Source: Phoronis australis (lineage: Eukaryota; Animalia; Phoronida). From it: a stretch of DNA of 64,000 nt. Location: contig NMRA01000397.1 in the NCBI GenBank assembly GCA_002633005.1, positions 311,218-375,217 on the forward strand. Direction: 5' to 3'. Below are positions 25,833-39,100 of this stretch, in pieces. The notes beneath the pieces are model-generated. The model searched no databases and was not told where the DNA came from. It worked only from the letters and a program-made list of their open reading frames with translations. The first letter of the stretch is position 1. Every line of letters begins with the position of its first letter. Both the position numbers and the translations under genes were made by a program.

Positions 25833-27735
25833 AGGAGAATGCCACCCGATTTAATAAGTCTTTTCACTGTCTTAATCGGTCTATATCCTCATCACCTCGT
25901 GTACGGCGGTCGATCTTACCTCGCCGAGAGGTGTCGCGTTAACCTGTGAGGAAGGTGAGGAAACGACTTACGTCAGTGGTTCTTCGGCAGAGTGAGTGCC
26001 GCTATGGTGTGGCGTATCGTTCCCGCTTGTGCCAACTTATGAAGCTGCGAGGAAAGCGGGTATGTCGTTTTTTCGATTGCCTCGAGAGCCCATAATGATT
26101 CGGAAGTGGCTCGCGGTAGTGAAGAGTGAATACTACGCCATTAATACCAAGTATGAGGCCGTGAAACTTATCCGTGTCTGTCAGTGGTCTGCATTTCGTC
26201 GGATCGATTGTTGATCCGTTTTTGATTGTGGAGAATTGTAGTTGGCCATGAAAACTTAAACAATCACAATTAATTCAAGGCATGAGAACCTGTTTGATAA
26301 CTGACTCGTTCGTTAGGCTTCTGTTTGGTCCTCCGGTTGTAGGATGTTTTCGCCACTTTCTTTTCTCAGTCCTAACCTCGTAAGCACACCTTTTTCAGAT
26401 GAGGTGCTTCTCCAAGAACTCGTTTCACTTGCGGAATTTCGCGCCAGCAAACTCAAGCGCCAGTCGTTTCGTTATCGTGCAGTTAGCCTGGGCTCACTGA
26501 CCCCATGACAAGTTCAAACGGTTTTTGGAACTATTCATATGTTCCGTTGTTTGTGCACGTTCACGGAGCCTTTCTATTATTTCTTGATCAATGAATTCCT
26601 GTGAAACCTAACAATCGACCTGTAAAGTGTTTGTCGGATGAGCTCTCGTCTAAATCGGGACTGCGAGTTGCCACGTTGACATTTATATTGTGCGTTCTGT
26701 TTCAAAATGCCATTATTCTCACCCTAACTAATGGTTATATCAAAACTGAAACAAAGCCTGTCTCATTAGATACAGTTTGTAATGCCTTAGAGTGTTCGTG
26801 AGTGTAAATGTTTTGAGAAGCCAAACATATGGATAAATCACTGCGTTACCATCTTTAGATGCAATAAGTCTGTGTTTGCTGACATAAAGCTGTTGTGAAA
26901 CAACAACTCAGTTTTATATCCTATAGTCAGATGTTAGGGGAATCTTTATTTCGATATTCATATACGTTATTCGAATCATTGTTACTGTACAACTTTTGCG
27001 CTGACGATTCTGTGGAAGGGTAAACTAATTTAGCGGCCCCGACGAGCTAGTAAGTAGATTTGCAGTTTTGTGGCTAATTCACCAAAATAATCAGCGTGCA
27101 CATTTTTTCTTTGGCTCACTGGTATAGTCTTTCTGTGACTGAAGGTTTAGTTTCCAACTTTGTCTGGTTTATGTTCGTGATGTCAGTCTTCAGTCCGTGC
27201 CTGATCGTGTTCCGAGCCACTGGCCGGGATAGCAAATGTTTTGTGTGTTTAGAAGTGAAAAAATCGCAAGTCTAAAATTACACGCAGCCATGTTTTCTCC
27301 TGTCTGTATTTCACGGAAGAATAGTTCGAATTTATCACCAAGCAGACCCCAAACTCCCGCGACCGATCTGCGGTAAATTGGCCTACCGAACTTAGTAGGC
27401 CACCGTAATTTCAAATACCTAAAATCCGTAACAGCAATATAAAATAACACCTTTGTTGAAAAACTCGATGTATTTGTAAGGGTTTTTGATGATTTTTAAA
27501 TCATCAAAAACCCTTACAAATACATCGAGTTTTAAAAAACGATGAATTCTAGCGATAAGCTGACACCAATAAGCGTGCTGTGAACTGCTGAACAGACTGC
27601 ATTCGAACCTCCGACGTCATTGGTTAATTTCAACACCTCCGTCTGCCATCAGGTGTCAGGTAAATGAGCTGTACTTGCTGTTACCGATTGGAAGTAATCA
27701 ATCTAAATTGATACAAAATAGGTTGGCATTCTCCT
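25833..27735 (+). mobile_element. Kolobok-like non-autonomous DNA transposon with a degenerate THAP domain
   Basis: TTAA|AGGAGAATGCCACCC left end and GGTTGGCATTCTCCT|TGAA right end. THAP remnant at ~26000-26200 (SFFRLPRE...RKWL...RVC). TTAA target plus AGG termini plus THAP fit Kolobok. Confidence 0.7.
27460..27533. repeat. Perfect palindrome, 36-bp arms with a 2-nt spacer
   Basis: aaaactcgatgtatttgtaagggtttttgatgattt-tt-aaatcatcaaaaacccttacaaatacatcgagtttt. Confidence 0.95.
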
Positions 27736-29062
27736 TGAACGCAAACAAGAAAACATTACTTTGATGATATTGTACGATTGGTGAAACTAATCCTTTTTTG
27801 AAAACAAAGAGTGCTTATTAAATGTTGACTGACATTTGTGAAAAATCAGCTTCATTCTTTACCGAAGTGGAGCACACGTTGATTCATCGCAGCATTTCAT
27901 GAATGTATACATTACGATGCCAAGCGTACTTTATTTTTCAGAGACTAATTAACAGACATGAAGAAGTAGTACATGTTAACTTAACTCAAACCACTCGTAT
28001 TTTACACTCATACCCAAAACTGCCGACACCACGAAGAAAAACAATTCAATGTAATCAGCACTCTCACTGACAGAAATTCTGCCCATAAACCACCGAGCCA
28101 CAGAGGATCACATGCTTAACGTAAGGTGATATGAATTTCAAACCAATTGTATTTCAGCACATTGAAATCAAAATTTTACACTGTCTTTTCTTCTGTTTAG
28201 CTGTCAGAAAGGTAAAAACTCAACCACTTGTCTCTATAAAAACTGTCATTAAAATTTTCTTTACAGTGGCAGGACGTTATTTCTGTTGCCTGAGCATTAA
28301 CAAGTAAACAGTTTTAAAAATTCATTTGGTTAGCCAGCCATTCCAAAATTTAAGCGCTTCAATTCGATCTCAGATTATTTAGGGATTCCAACAGAATGTC
28401 AAGAATACTTCTGAGTACAGTTTGACACGATTTTTATTTCACATCAAAGCAGTTAGTATAGGGGAAAACTGAAGCTTCAACTTTAAGTACCTCCAGACTA
28501 CAATAAGTAATCGGAAACTTTCTAAAGTTAATTAACTAAACTCTAATGTTCAGACGCTCCAAGTGTCAAACTGTGAATGGTTAACTTGCAAAATTGCCCC
28601 CGCGAGACTGCAGAGTAACAATGAAACAATTAAAGTAATTGAACAACATTAAGATAAAGCAAATACCACTACCCCAAAATTATTTTCGCACTTTTTCAGT
28701 CCACTAAACTCGTCATTACCCAGAACTACCAGGTATCCAATGTTGCAGACGTCATTGTTGCGATATAGGCATTGATTTATTGTCATAAAATGTCCCAAAC
28801 TACCTAATAACCTTTTAACTACATAATAATAAAGCAAAAATGGTTCCCGGTGATCAGTGCAGTGGGAACACCTGAGCTGCGTGCTCACGTTGTACCATAC
28901 TGCCTACAACTTTACTTTTCATAAACCATCTAATTCGCGCTACTAACTACGTCTCTGTATCATTCGGAAATATCAGAATTTGCTTAGTAACCTCTGACAA
29001 AAAGTATTCATTTTTGAAAGAATTGCAGGCGTCGTACTACTACGTCTGTTACAACAAGGTAA

Positions 29063-29709
29063 CTAATGTAAATTTCCGACGATAGCAGTCGCTATTATCT
29101 TCTTTGGGTCTCTCATCATGGTGTAGTGATCTCCGTCCACCTCAACTACTCGAACCGGCTTGGAACACAACCTTTGGGAACCGTAGTCACGTCCATGGGC
29201 TTGTATTTCAGCTAGGGTCTCGGCCAGTGGACCGTCAGTTAAGAGTTCTGTGGCGCGAACAAATGTTACGTTGTCATTGTAAATTGCTGAAGGACTGTAC
29301 GAAGCATAGTTTTTCAGAGTTCCTCGGAAAGTCGAAAGTCCGGTCTTCAAATCTTCTTCGTTTAATCCTTTCTCTTTCCACGTGTCTTCAAACCACTGTT
29401 CAAAATTGGAAAGTTGTTCTTCAGAAGACCCTTGGATTTTTTTATAAGTGTTGGTGACAAATTCCGGGGTTCCATCGAGAAGAACTAACGTTTCCGGTGT
29501 GCGGTTGACTTGCTCAAGCTTGATCGCCATTTCAAAGGCTATGACGCAGCCAGACGAATAACCAACCAGTGTGTAGGGTGTAGACAAATTGAAAAAAGAC
29601 AACTTTTTCATTCTATTCACATAGATATCGGCAAGCTGAGATACAGACTCGAAGGGCGTGGTACCTTCCAAGAAACGGAAAGCGTAAACTGGGTGCCTCT
29701 TTAGATGAC
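29063..29709 (-). CDS. NRPS last exon: main part of the thioesterase domain (FAS-like TE)
   Basis: ttttttcttag acceptor, in phase with the upstream donor. GYSSG nucleophile elbow (29563-29549), LLDG Asp, GDH His. TAG stop at 29065-29063. Confidence 0.88.
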
Positions 29710-30104
29710 CTAAGAAAAAAATTATGGGATGTAAGAAAATGCACGTTTCCTGCACTTTGAATCTCAAAATACCTGCAGTATAACTTACCCTTTATTTTCA
29801 CTTGATCACTGCTTGACGAAACACAAGCGTTACTGTGTGTTATTTCATTAGCCTTTCTAACTATTTTGTTTTATCAAAACATCATCATTATCACCAGAAT
29901 TTGTTTTCGCCAAATGAACCGTTTTGATTACCTATAAGGATGTACACTATTATTTTGTAGAATATTCTGAGAAAAAACTTTTTAAAGCCGCTTCAAATCC
30001 TGCCATATGTAGTGATTACGTATGTGCATTCAAACTATCGATAAACCTGAGAGTAAAGGGACAGCTAAGTGAACCTTCTTAAAGCCACAATTAAACATAC
30101 TTAC
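29710..30104 (-). other. Spliceosomal GT-AG intron (395 nt) within the NRPS TE domain
   Basis: G|GTAAGT donor at 30104 and TTTTTTCTTAG acceptor at 29710. The spliced product reads YAYVA-G-HLKRHPVYAF in frame; the total CDS is 14,289 nt, divisible by 3. Confidence 0.85.
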
Positions 30105-33100
30105 CAGCGACATAGGCGTACGAAGATGTCCCACCATCACTAGCGTGAACACAGATGACTGGCATCTTGTCTTCTTCGCCATCATTGAGACACACCAGCA
30201 TATCACCATCGTCGTTTTTCAACTGCGCGACTGCAGCAATATCTACTAGTGTTTCGAACTGCAGTACGTCACCTAAATTGAATATCAGCCCTCTCTTTTC
30301 ACCGAGAGAAACAAGACTGATAGCCTTGATCGATGTTCCTCCAAGGTCAAAGAAAGAGTGGTCAAGTTTAATGTCGTCAACTTTCATTCCAAGAAGTGTG
30401 GCCCACATGTCCCGAAGAATAACCTCTTTGTCTGTTAGTTCTTCTTTTATTTTACTATATTCTTGCCAAGCGGGCTTATTCAATTTTGACGGTAGATTAG
30501 AAGCAGTTTGCAATATATCATTCATTACCTTTTTGTCACAAGCCTTGATCTCGTCTACCGGCAAAACTATTGTGGAAGTATTGTCACATTGGCACATGGT
30601 CTTAATTTTCTCCAGGATGAAGGAATTGATGTTTAGACGAGGCGAAACAAAGACACATCTCATTTTTTCATTTTGAGCAATGAAACATTCATTCAGTTCG
30701 TCAATATCTCTCAGCTCCTCTGGACATGTATCACATTCTTTATCTGCCATGATTATCGTTTCACCGCTTCTATTTGTCTGTGCAACAACGCCAGAGAAAA
30801 ATTCGTTTTCATCACTTTGATGAATAAACAACTTTCCAGGGACGCCAATCGGGCATTCACGTCCACGGTGGTCTTTGATGCGGTACACGTGTTCAAAAGT
30901 ATCTTTATAGGAAGAGTTAGTGTCGATCGATTGGACAATATCGATATTAATGACTGACCTCATGTTGTCAGAATGTAGTATTTCGTCCAATGCGTTGTCT
31001 AAATGAGTCAGTAGTTGAAGCGCAAAATCGTCACTTATTAAATTGGCGTCGTACATACACTTGGCCATGAGATTTTCACCGTCGTCGGCGAATAGAACTC
31101 CCAGTGGGAATTGAACCCTCTCATACCCTTGGATGTCCGTCATTTCAATTTCGGGGTCTGCAACATTTTCAAGCGTGGGGTAGTTTTCATAAGTAACCAG
31201 GGTATCGAACAGATTTTGATCTCTTGGAAGTCCACTCCACTTGCGTATATCGGCTAGATTACTGTGATCGTAAGCCATTATGGCGGCTTGACGGGCTTGA
31301 ATATCCGTTAGCCAATCAATTAACGTTACACTTTCATCAGATGGTATGGGAATTCGAAGAGGTAACGTGTTCAACAGTAAACCAACCATATCTTCAATAC
31401 CCTCTACTTCAGCGCCACGGGATGCCATCACAACAGCAAAAACCACATCAGTACCAAAAGTGCTGCAGTAGCGATCCAAAATTAATGCCCAAGCACCGTA
31501 CATAACTGACGTCGTAGTCAAAAAGTTTCGTCGTGCAAATTGCTTCAAATCTCCAATTTGGAGAGAGAAAGTACGCATAACATCCCTGTCGTCTTGTTGG
31601 TTAGAATTTTTAACGATCTTTAAGTTCTTTAAGGACAGAAATCGTTTTGGTTGAAGATTGTCTAAATAATCAGACCAGAAATTTTGCGAAACTGACATGT
31701 CATGATTCTTACAGAAATCCACAAAAAGCCGAAAGCTCGGAGCAGGTGAAAGTTCTTTCGAATGGTAAACGCATAAAACGTCTCTTAAAACAAGCGGTCC
31801 TGACCAGCCGTCGAAAAGAGCGTGGTGAAACGTCCAAATAAACCTATAAATTTCTCGGTCAATCTTCATCAGGGCAAAGCGCATGAGATCACCATTCATA
31901 TTAAAACCCTTCGCCCTATCAGCTTCCACAAATAGCATTTCCTGTTCGTGTGGGTGCTCCCAAACCCCAACTTCCCACTCTGGGTTTGCATTTCGTCGAA
32001 CAACTTGTCGCAACGAGTGGTTCTCGGCATCAATTACGAAACTTGTTCGTAAAGCAGAGTGATGGTCTATAACTTTGCCCCATGCAGACTTAAATCTTTC
32101 AATGTCTAGTCTCCCGGAAATATGTAAACAGTACTGCACCAAATAAGAAGATTTGTCTCGAAGGAGCGAAAAAATAAAACCCTCCTGAAGAGGCGTACAA
32201 GAATAAATATCTTCAACATCTTTGACTTTGATGCTTGCTGCTTTCAATGTGGCGTCGATCAAGGCGAAGTTTGAAGCAAGAGATAAATTATCAGAGCTTA
32301 TTTGAGTACTATCTAGCTTTAAGCATTTGACGATGTTCTCTGTTGCCGTTTTCCACCCGTCGGCCAGTAACTTAATGGTTTCTCGTCGATGAAGAGCCTT
32401 GCTAAACAGAAACAAACCTTGCAAGCAACCATTAGAAATGTCGCACTCGATGGCTAAATTATGCGAAATTCTTTCATCCTTGCACTGGTTGTTATAGTTG
32501 TAATCGCCATCCGCACATACTTCCCACAAGCTATTCTTGCTAGAGAACTGCGTAGCACTGCCATGGTAATTAAAAACAACATCGCATTGTTGATTGAATC
32601 TTGGATCAGAGTCCTTCTTAAGAAACTTCATGACGCCATAAGGCATGCCTTTTTGAGGAATGTTTCTGAGGCGACGTTTTATTCCTTCTAGTTGCTTCAA
32701 TGTATCGTGAGTTCTGCCATCAACCACCAAAGTAACGGGATACATCACAGTGAACCAACCGACAGTTCGAGAAAAATCTAGTTTGTCAGTCCATGATTCT
32801 CTCCCGTGCCATTCCATTTCAACGGACAACGAAGATTCTCCCATGCACTCGTTGTATGCTGTAATGAGAGCAGTCAAAAGGACGTCACTTACCGATGTAT
32901 GTTCGCTACTATGCGTTCCCTTGAGGCTGAGTAGCTGATTTGTTGTACTCTCGTCGAAGCAAATTTTTTCTAAAGTGCGAGTTTGACACGTAACTTGATC
33001 CCTATTATAATCCAAGAAATCAACCTTTAGAGGACTGCTCTTTTCTAATGCCGGCCAGTCCCTGGTTGAAACGGACAGAGCGTAGTCTGACTTTAAAAAC

Positions 33101-36100
33101 TCCGACCATTCCTTAAAAGACGTTGTCTTTTGAGGAAGGACACCTCCACGGCACAATGTCTCCAAATCCTCCAGAATAATTTGCCACGAAACAAGATCCA
33201 CAGCCATGTGATGTATGGTAATGAATATGTACTGGCAATTGCCTTCTATATCGAACAATCCGACAGCCATAAGTGGGCCTGACTTCAGGTCGAGTGAGTT
33301 TTGAAGTTTAGTGATTTCCACAGCCACTTGATCTTCAAGTACGTCCTTGTGGATTAACTTTGGAATCGGGGTTTTCGAGACGGGCTGGATTTCCTGGATC
33401 ACTTTTCCATCATCACAAACAGTGAAAGAAGCTCGTAGAATATCATGATGGAGAACAAGAGATTTGATAGCATTTTGGAGGATATCTGGCTCAATCATAA
33501 GCAAAGGACGCAATAACAACGACTGATTAAAACAGTCACGATTACGCAACTTCAAGTGAAAAAACCATTCCTGCACAGGAGTGAGAGGCACGTTTCCAGA
33601 TATTTCAATATTTTTGACCGTATTTGTTGGCATGTTAGAATGAACAAATTTTGCAACAGTTGCAAGTTGGGTCAAGTTTCTCGTCTGGAAGACATGTTGA
33701 ACCGTGAAGCGCAAATTACGCTTTCTTCCAAGAGAAAATACTTTCATTGCTGAAATGGAATCTCCACCTAAGTAAAAGAAGGAGTCACTAGACTTAATTT
33801 TCGATGGATCTATTTGGAGGACTTCACTCCATATTTCAATCAGCAGTTCCTCCTTCTTGGTCAGTACTTCATGTTGAGTCAAATTTGGCGCCGGCAAACT
33901 TTTGTAGTCAATCTTCTCTGCCGTTGACATGGGGAATTCCGAGAGGGGAACAATCACGGACGGAACCATATATTTCGGAAGCTTATTTTCAAGTTTCTTT
34001 TTCAAATGAAATACACCAGCACCACCAATATCTGGTGTAACATAGCCTACAAGTACGCCATTATTCACTACTGCTGCAGCGTTCTTAATGCCGTCTTGCA
34101 TTCTCATAGCGTGGTCAACTTCGTCTAGTTCTACACGGAATGCTCTTAGTTTTACCTGCCTATCTTTACGACCAAAGACTATGATTTCACCATCTGGAGT
34201 CCAACTTCCCCAGTCGCCTGTATTGTACAACCGCCCTTCACCAAAAGGATTTTTAATAAATTTTTGGTAAGTTAGATCTGGTCGTTTAAGGTAGCCTCTA
34301 GCAACACCATGTCCACCAAGAAACATAGTACCTTTTACCCCGATTGGAACCGGTTTTAAGTTGTCGTCTAGAATATGTACTTGGCAGTTAATGACTGGTT
34401 TTCCAACTGTCACTCTGGATTTTGTATTTGTTAAGCCTATAGTGCAAATAATTGTGATTTCCGATGGACCATATTCGTTGTACAATTCTGCATGATTTTT
34501 CCATTTAGCTGCAACGGATTCCGAGAGTATTTCCCCGGCCACAGATATCTTTTTTAAATTTGAGAAGTCGTCTGGGTCCAGTGAAGCTAAAACAGATGGT
34601 GTCATCATTGCAAAGTCCACCTTTTTTAAAGTGTTCACATAATTTAGTTCTCTCTGCACAAGTGTCGCCCCGGTTGTTAATGCCATGAATACCTCTTGAT
34701 ACGCAGCGTCAAACATTATGTTGAAGAAATGAGTAATCCTCATTCCACGTCTGATGTCATGCGCTTTGCAAGTTTGTGGAATTAAACATTCGCAACCCCA
34801 GTGATTCACCATCACTCCTTTCGGCTTTCCAGTCGTTCCCGACGTGTAGACAATCCATGCCAGATGTTCACTTTCTGCAATGTTCTTCAAGTTCTGATAC
34901 TCAGACTGGTCAAATTGATCGTCAGAAAACCTTGCAGTATACTTTTCTACGTCAAGCACAATGATTTCACCGTTGAAATTTTTCAAAATGCCAGTTGCTT
35001 GGATTTTTGCAGTAGTTACTACAATTTTACATTCAGCATCATCAAGCATAAAGTGAATGCGATCTTGAGGAAGTGTCGCTTCTATGCAAACAAATGCGGC
35101 TCCAGACTTCAAAATACCAATTTTGGAGGCTATAAATTCTAAATTACGTTCACCAATTAGACCAACTGCTGAGTCTGGAACTGCACCAAGCACTTTAAGT
35201 TTCCGTGCTAAGCTATTACTTGCCGCGTTTAGTCTCCTGTAGGTAATTTGCCTTTCCATTTCTTCTACAGCGATTAAATCTGGCGTCAGCTCTACTTGTT
35301 GCTCAAACTGCTGATGTATGCGTAATTTAGAATAGTCTCCAGTTTTGTTGAATGTCATAATGAGCTCCGTTTGAGAGGGAGGAAGAAGATCAAGTTGGCA
35401 CATGGGAGTTTCCATGTTTGTGGTAAGTAATTCAAACAAGTACACTAGGTGTTGACTCATTCTTTCAATTGTGGTACGACTGAATATGTCTGTGTTGAAA
35501 ACGAAGTGTCCACTCAATTTTCCACTACTTTGCCGCAAAAATTCTAGATTCAAGTCGAATTTTGCTGTAAACTGTTCGAAGACTTGTGCTTCCATGGAAA
35601 GACCATCAGCAAATTGTCTGCTTGGAAGATCTTCTTGTAGAACAGTAGCAGCTTGAATAATAGGGTGGTATGAAGTGTCTCTTGGAACATTTAACGATTC
35701 TAAAATCTTTTGAAAAGGAACATCTTGATTCTCCAATACCCCTAGCATCAAATCTTTTACTTTCGTTAACATCGAGTGGAACGAAGCTTTCCTTTCAAAC
35801 TGCACTCGGAGAGGGAGTGTGTTCACAAAATAGCCTACTATATTTTCTGTGCCAGCATTATGCCTACCAGAGAAGAATGCTCCGATAACAACATCATCAG
35901 ACTGTGAATAAATGCGCATCAACAATGAGAACATGGTGGCTAAAGCGGAAAATAGGGTTCCACCGCATTCTAAAGCACACGCCACCAACTTTTGAGTGAC
36001 ACGATCTGGTATGTCTATGAAAACAGTCGCACCTTGATAGCTAGGAATTGCAGGCCGCGGGCGATCAAGTGGCAAATCCAGCACGTTGCTGACGTTTTGA

Positions 36101-39100
36101 AGTTGTTGCTTCCAAAAGCCAAGTTGTCTCTCCATTTCTTTGCAATCCAACATTTTCCTCTCCCAGTTGCTGTAGTCAATATAGTTTAACTTCTGCGGAG
36201 ACAGTTTGAGCTGAGTGTTATTCAAGCGTGAGGAATAACATTCGCTTAACTGGTCAACAATTATTTTCACAGAAGCTCCATCTGTTACAGAGTGGTGCAT
36301 AAACATACCCAACTGGTGGTCCGAATCAGACAGCTTCACAAGAGCAAACCGCAAAAGAGGACAAGAATATAAATTAAATGGTAATGAAGCTTTTAGATAC
36401 AAATACTCTTTTGCTTTGCGTTTACTTTCGTGTTGTCCGATGAAGTCTTGGAAATCAAACTCAAGCGAGCAATCATTTGCTGGCTTAACTATTTGAAAGA
36501 ATTCGTTATCCTCAGATCTTTTAAAGTATGTGCGAAAAGCTTGGTTCATAGTTGATACATCATTCAAAGATTCCTTCAATATGTCGACGTGCAAGGCGCC
36601 ATGGAAGTTTAGGATGACCACTACATTGTATACAGGACTATGAGGTATTAGTTCATACAGTAAACACATTTGGTCTTGCCTGTATGATGCTTTAGCTGTT
36701 ATTACGCTGTTGTCATCGAACGGACACGTTTTGGGAATAAATGTGTGTACCTTTGAACGAACTTGCGGAACCAGTATTCTATGGCACATTTCTGCTGAAA
36801 GTTCTGCAGGTGTAGATAAGCTCATTATATCTGCCATGCTTACTTCCACGCCGGAGGTTTCTGCTAGTAAGGATTTTAAGCTGATGGCTAGAAGTGAGTG
36901 CCCTCCGAGGTCAAAAAAGTCATCTTCCATGTTGAATCCTGGATCCACAACTTTCCTGAAAGCATCGAGTACGATGGATTCTAGGTAATTCGAAGGTTGT
37001 TTTCCTTTATAATGTGTAGTTTTAGGCTTAAACTTTGGTAGGGCTCTTTGATCAATTTTCCTATTGGCTGTCAAAGGAAACCGTTCCAGACAGAACACAG
37101 TAGTAGGCACCATAAAGCTAGGTAATTGCCTCTTTAAGCGAGATATTACATCGGATGATGTGATGTTCGTACTTGTGAGAACGTATGCCACAATGTACTG
37201 ACCATCTTGAACTGTTACGTGAACCTGGTTAATACCTGGTTGTTGCTCAATAGCAGTTCTGACCTCATCGAGCTCCACACGTTTACCTCTTAGTTTTATT
37301 TGATCATCCATTCTGCCAAGCACTTCGATTTCTCCATTTTCCAGCCACCTGGCTAGGTCACCGGTTTTGTACATTCGTCCAGCACCAAACGGGTTTTCAA
37401 TGAAGGCCTTTTCTGTTAAATCTGGTCTATTGTGATATCCTTTACCAACATTAACACCGGCTATGAACAGTTCTGCGGTTACGTTTACAGGAACTGGGTG
37501 GAGATTTGAATCTAGAATAAAACTCTTTGTATTTGGTAACGGCTTTCCAACTGTCACTCTTTTGTNCAAAAAAGTCATCTTCCATGTTGAATCCTGGATC
37601 CACAACTTTCCGGAAAGCATCGAGTACGATGGATTCTAGGTAATTCGAAGGTTGTTTTCCTTTGTAATGTGTAGTTTTAGGCTCAAACTTTGGTAGGGCT
37701 CTTTGATCAATTTTCCTATTGGCTGTCAAAGGAAACCGTTCCAGACAGAACACAGTAGTAGGCACCATAAAGCTAGGCAATTGCCTCTTTAAGCGAGATA
37801 TTACATCGGATGATGTGATGTTCGTATTCGTGAGAACGTATGCCACAATGTACTGACCATCTTGAACTGTTACGTGAACCTGATTAATACCTGGTTGTTG
37901 CTCAATAGCAGTTCTGACCTCATCGAGCTCCACACGTTTACCTCTTAGTTTTATTTGATCATCCATTCTGCCAAGCACTTCGATTTCCCCATTTTCCAGC
38001 CACCTGGCTAGGTCACCGGTTTTGTACATTCGTCCAGCACCAAACGGGTTTTCAATGAAGGCCTTTTCTGTTAAATCTGGTCTATTGTGATATCCTTTAC
38101 CAACATTAACACCGGCTATGAACAGTTCTGCGGTTACGTTTACAGGAACTGGGCGGAGATTTGAATCTAGAATAAAACTCTTTGTATTTGGTAACGGCTT
38201 TCCAACTGTCACTCTTTTGTTTGGCAGTAACCTGCCCGTGTGCGATATTACACTGCATTCTGTTGGACCATATCCATTTAAAAGGATTCTGTCTTTACCC
38301 CATGCCTTCACCATTGCTTGGGAACAAGCTTCCCCTGCCGCTAGGACAACTTTGAGGTTAGAGTAATCGTTAGGATTGAGAATATTCAAAGTCGACGGTG
38401 TGTTACCAACAGCATCTACTTGTTTCATTGTTGTTGTAAAATCACCAGACGGGAAGACAAGGCATCCACCATGACATAGGGTGGTGAAAACTTCACCTAC
38501 AGTTCCATCGAACCCAACAGCAAAATACTGCATCACTTTTGTCTCCGGCGTTATGTTGAAAATTCCCCCAGGTTTATACATTATGAAATTGATGAGCCCA
38601 CGATGTTCAACCATGGCACCTTTTGGAAGGCCTGTTGTACCCGAAGTGTAAATCATATAAGCAAGATCACCAGATTCATTCACAATATCTGGATTGGGTC
38701 TGCCTTGCTTCACGTGAGCAATCAAATCTGCACTCCTTAAACTTACATACTTGATGTCGTTGGGCAAAGTTTGCGTATTAAAAGAAGATGCGTTGATGGC
38801 AAAACGACAACTACAGTCTTCTAGTAAAAATGCAATACGATCAGGTGGCTGAGAGGCATCAATTGACACAAATGCCCCCCCTGCTTTCCAGATGCCTAAC
38901 ATTCCAGCAGCTAAAGTCATCTCGCGGTCTAATATCAGTGCCACCTTTTCTTCGCGCTTGAGCCCAAGGTTTCGCAGTTGATATGCAATGCTATTTGCAG
39001 CTGCATTTAGTTCGTTATACGTAATAGACGCATTTTCTTTCACCAATGCCAGTTGACCTGCATTTGACAAAGAGCTTACAGTATTTTCGAACAAGTGGTG

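Noticed and set aside
36912-38220. Two separate NRPS genes, or a real partial A-T duplication
   Set aside because: The junction is a single N between near-identical copies, and removing one copy restores a single frame.
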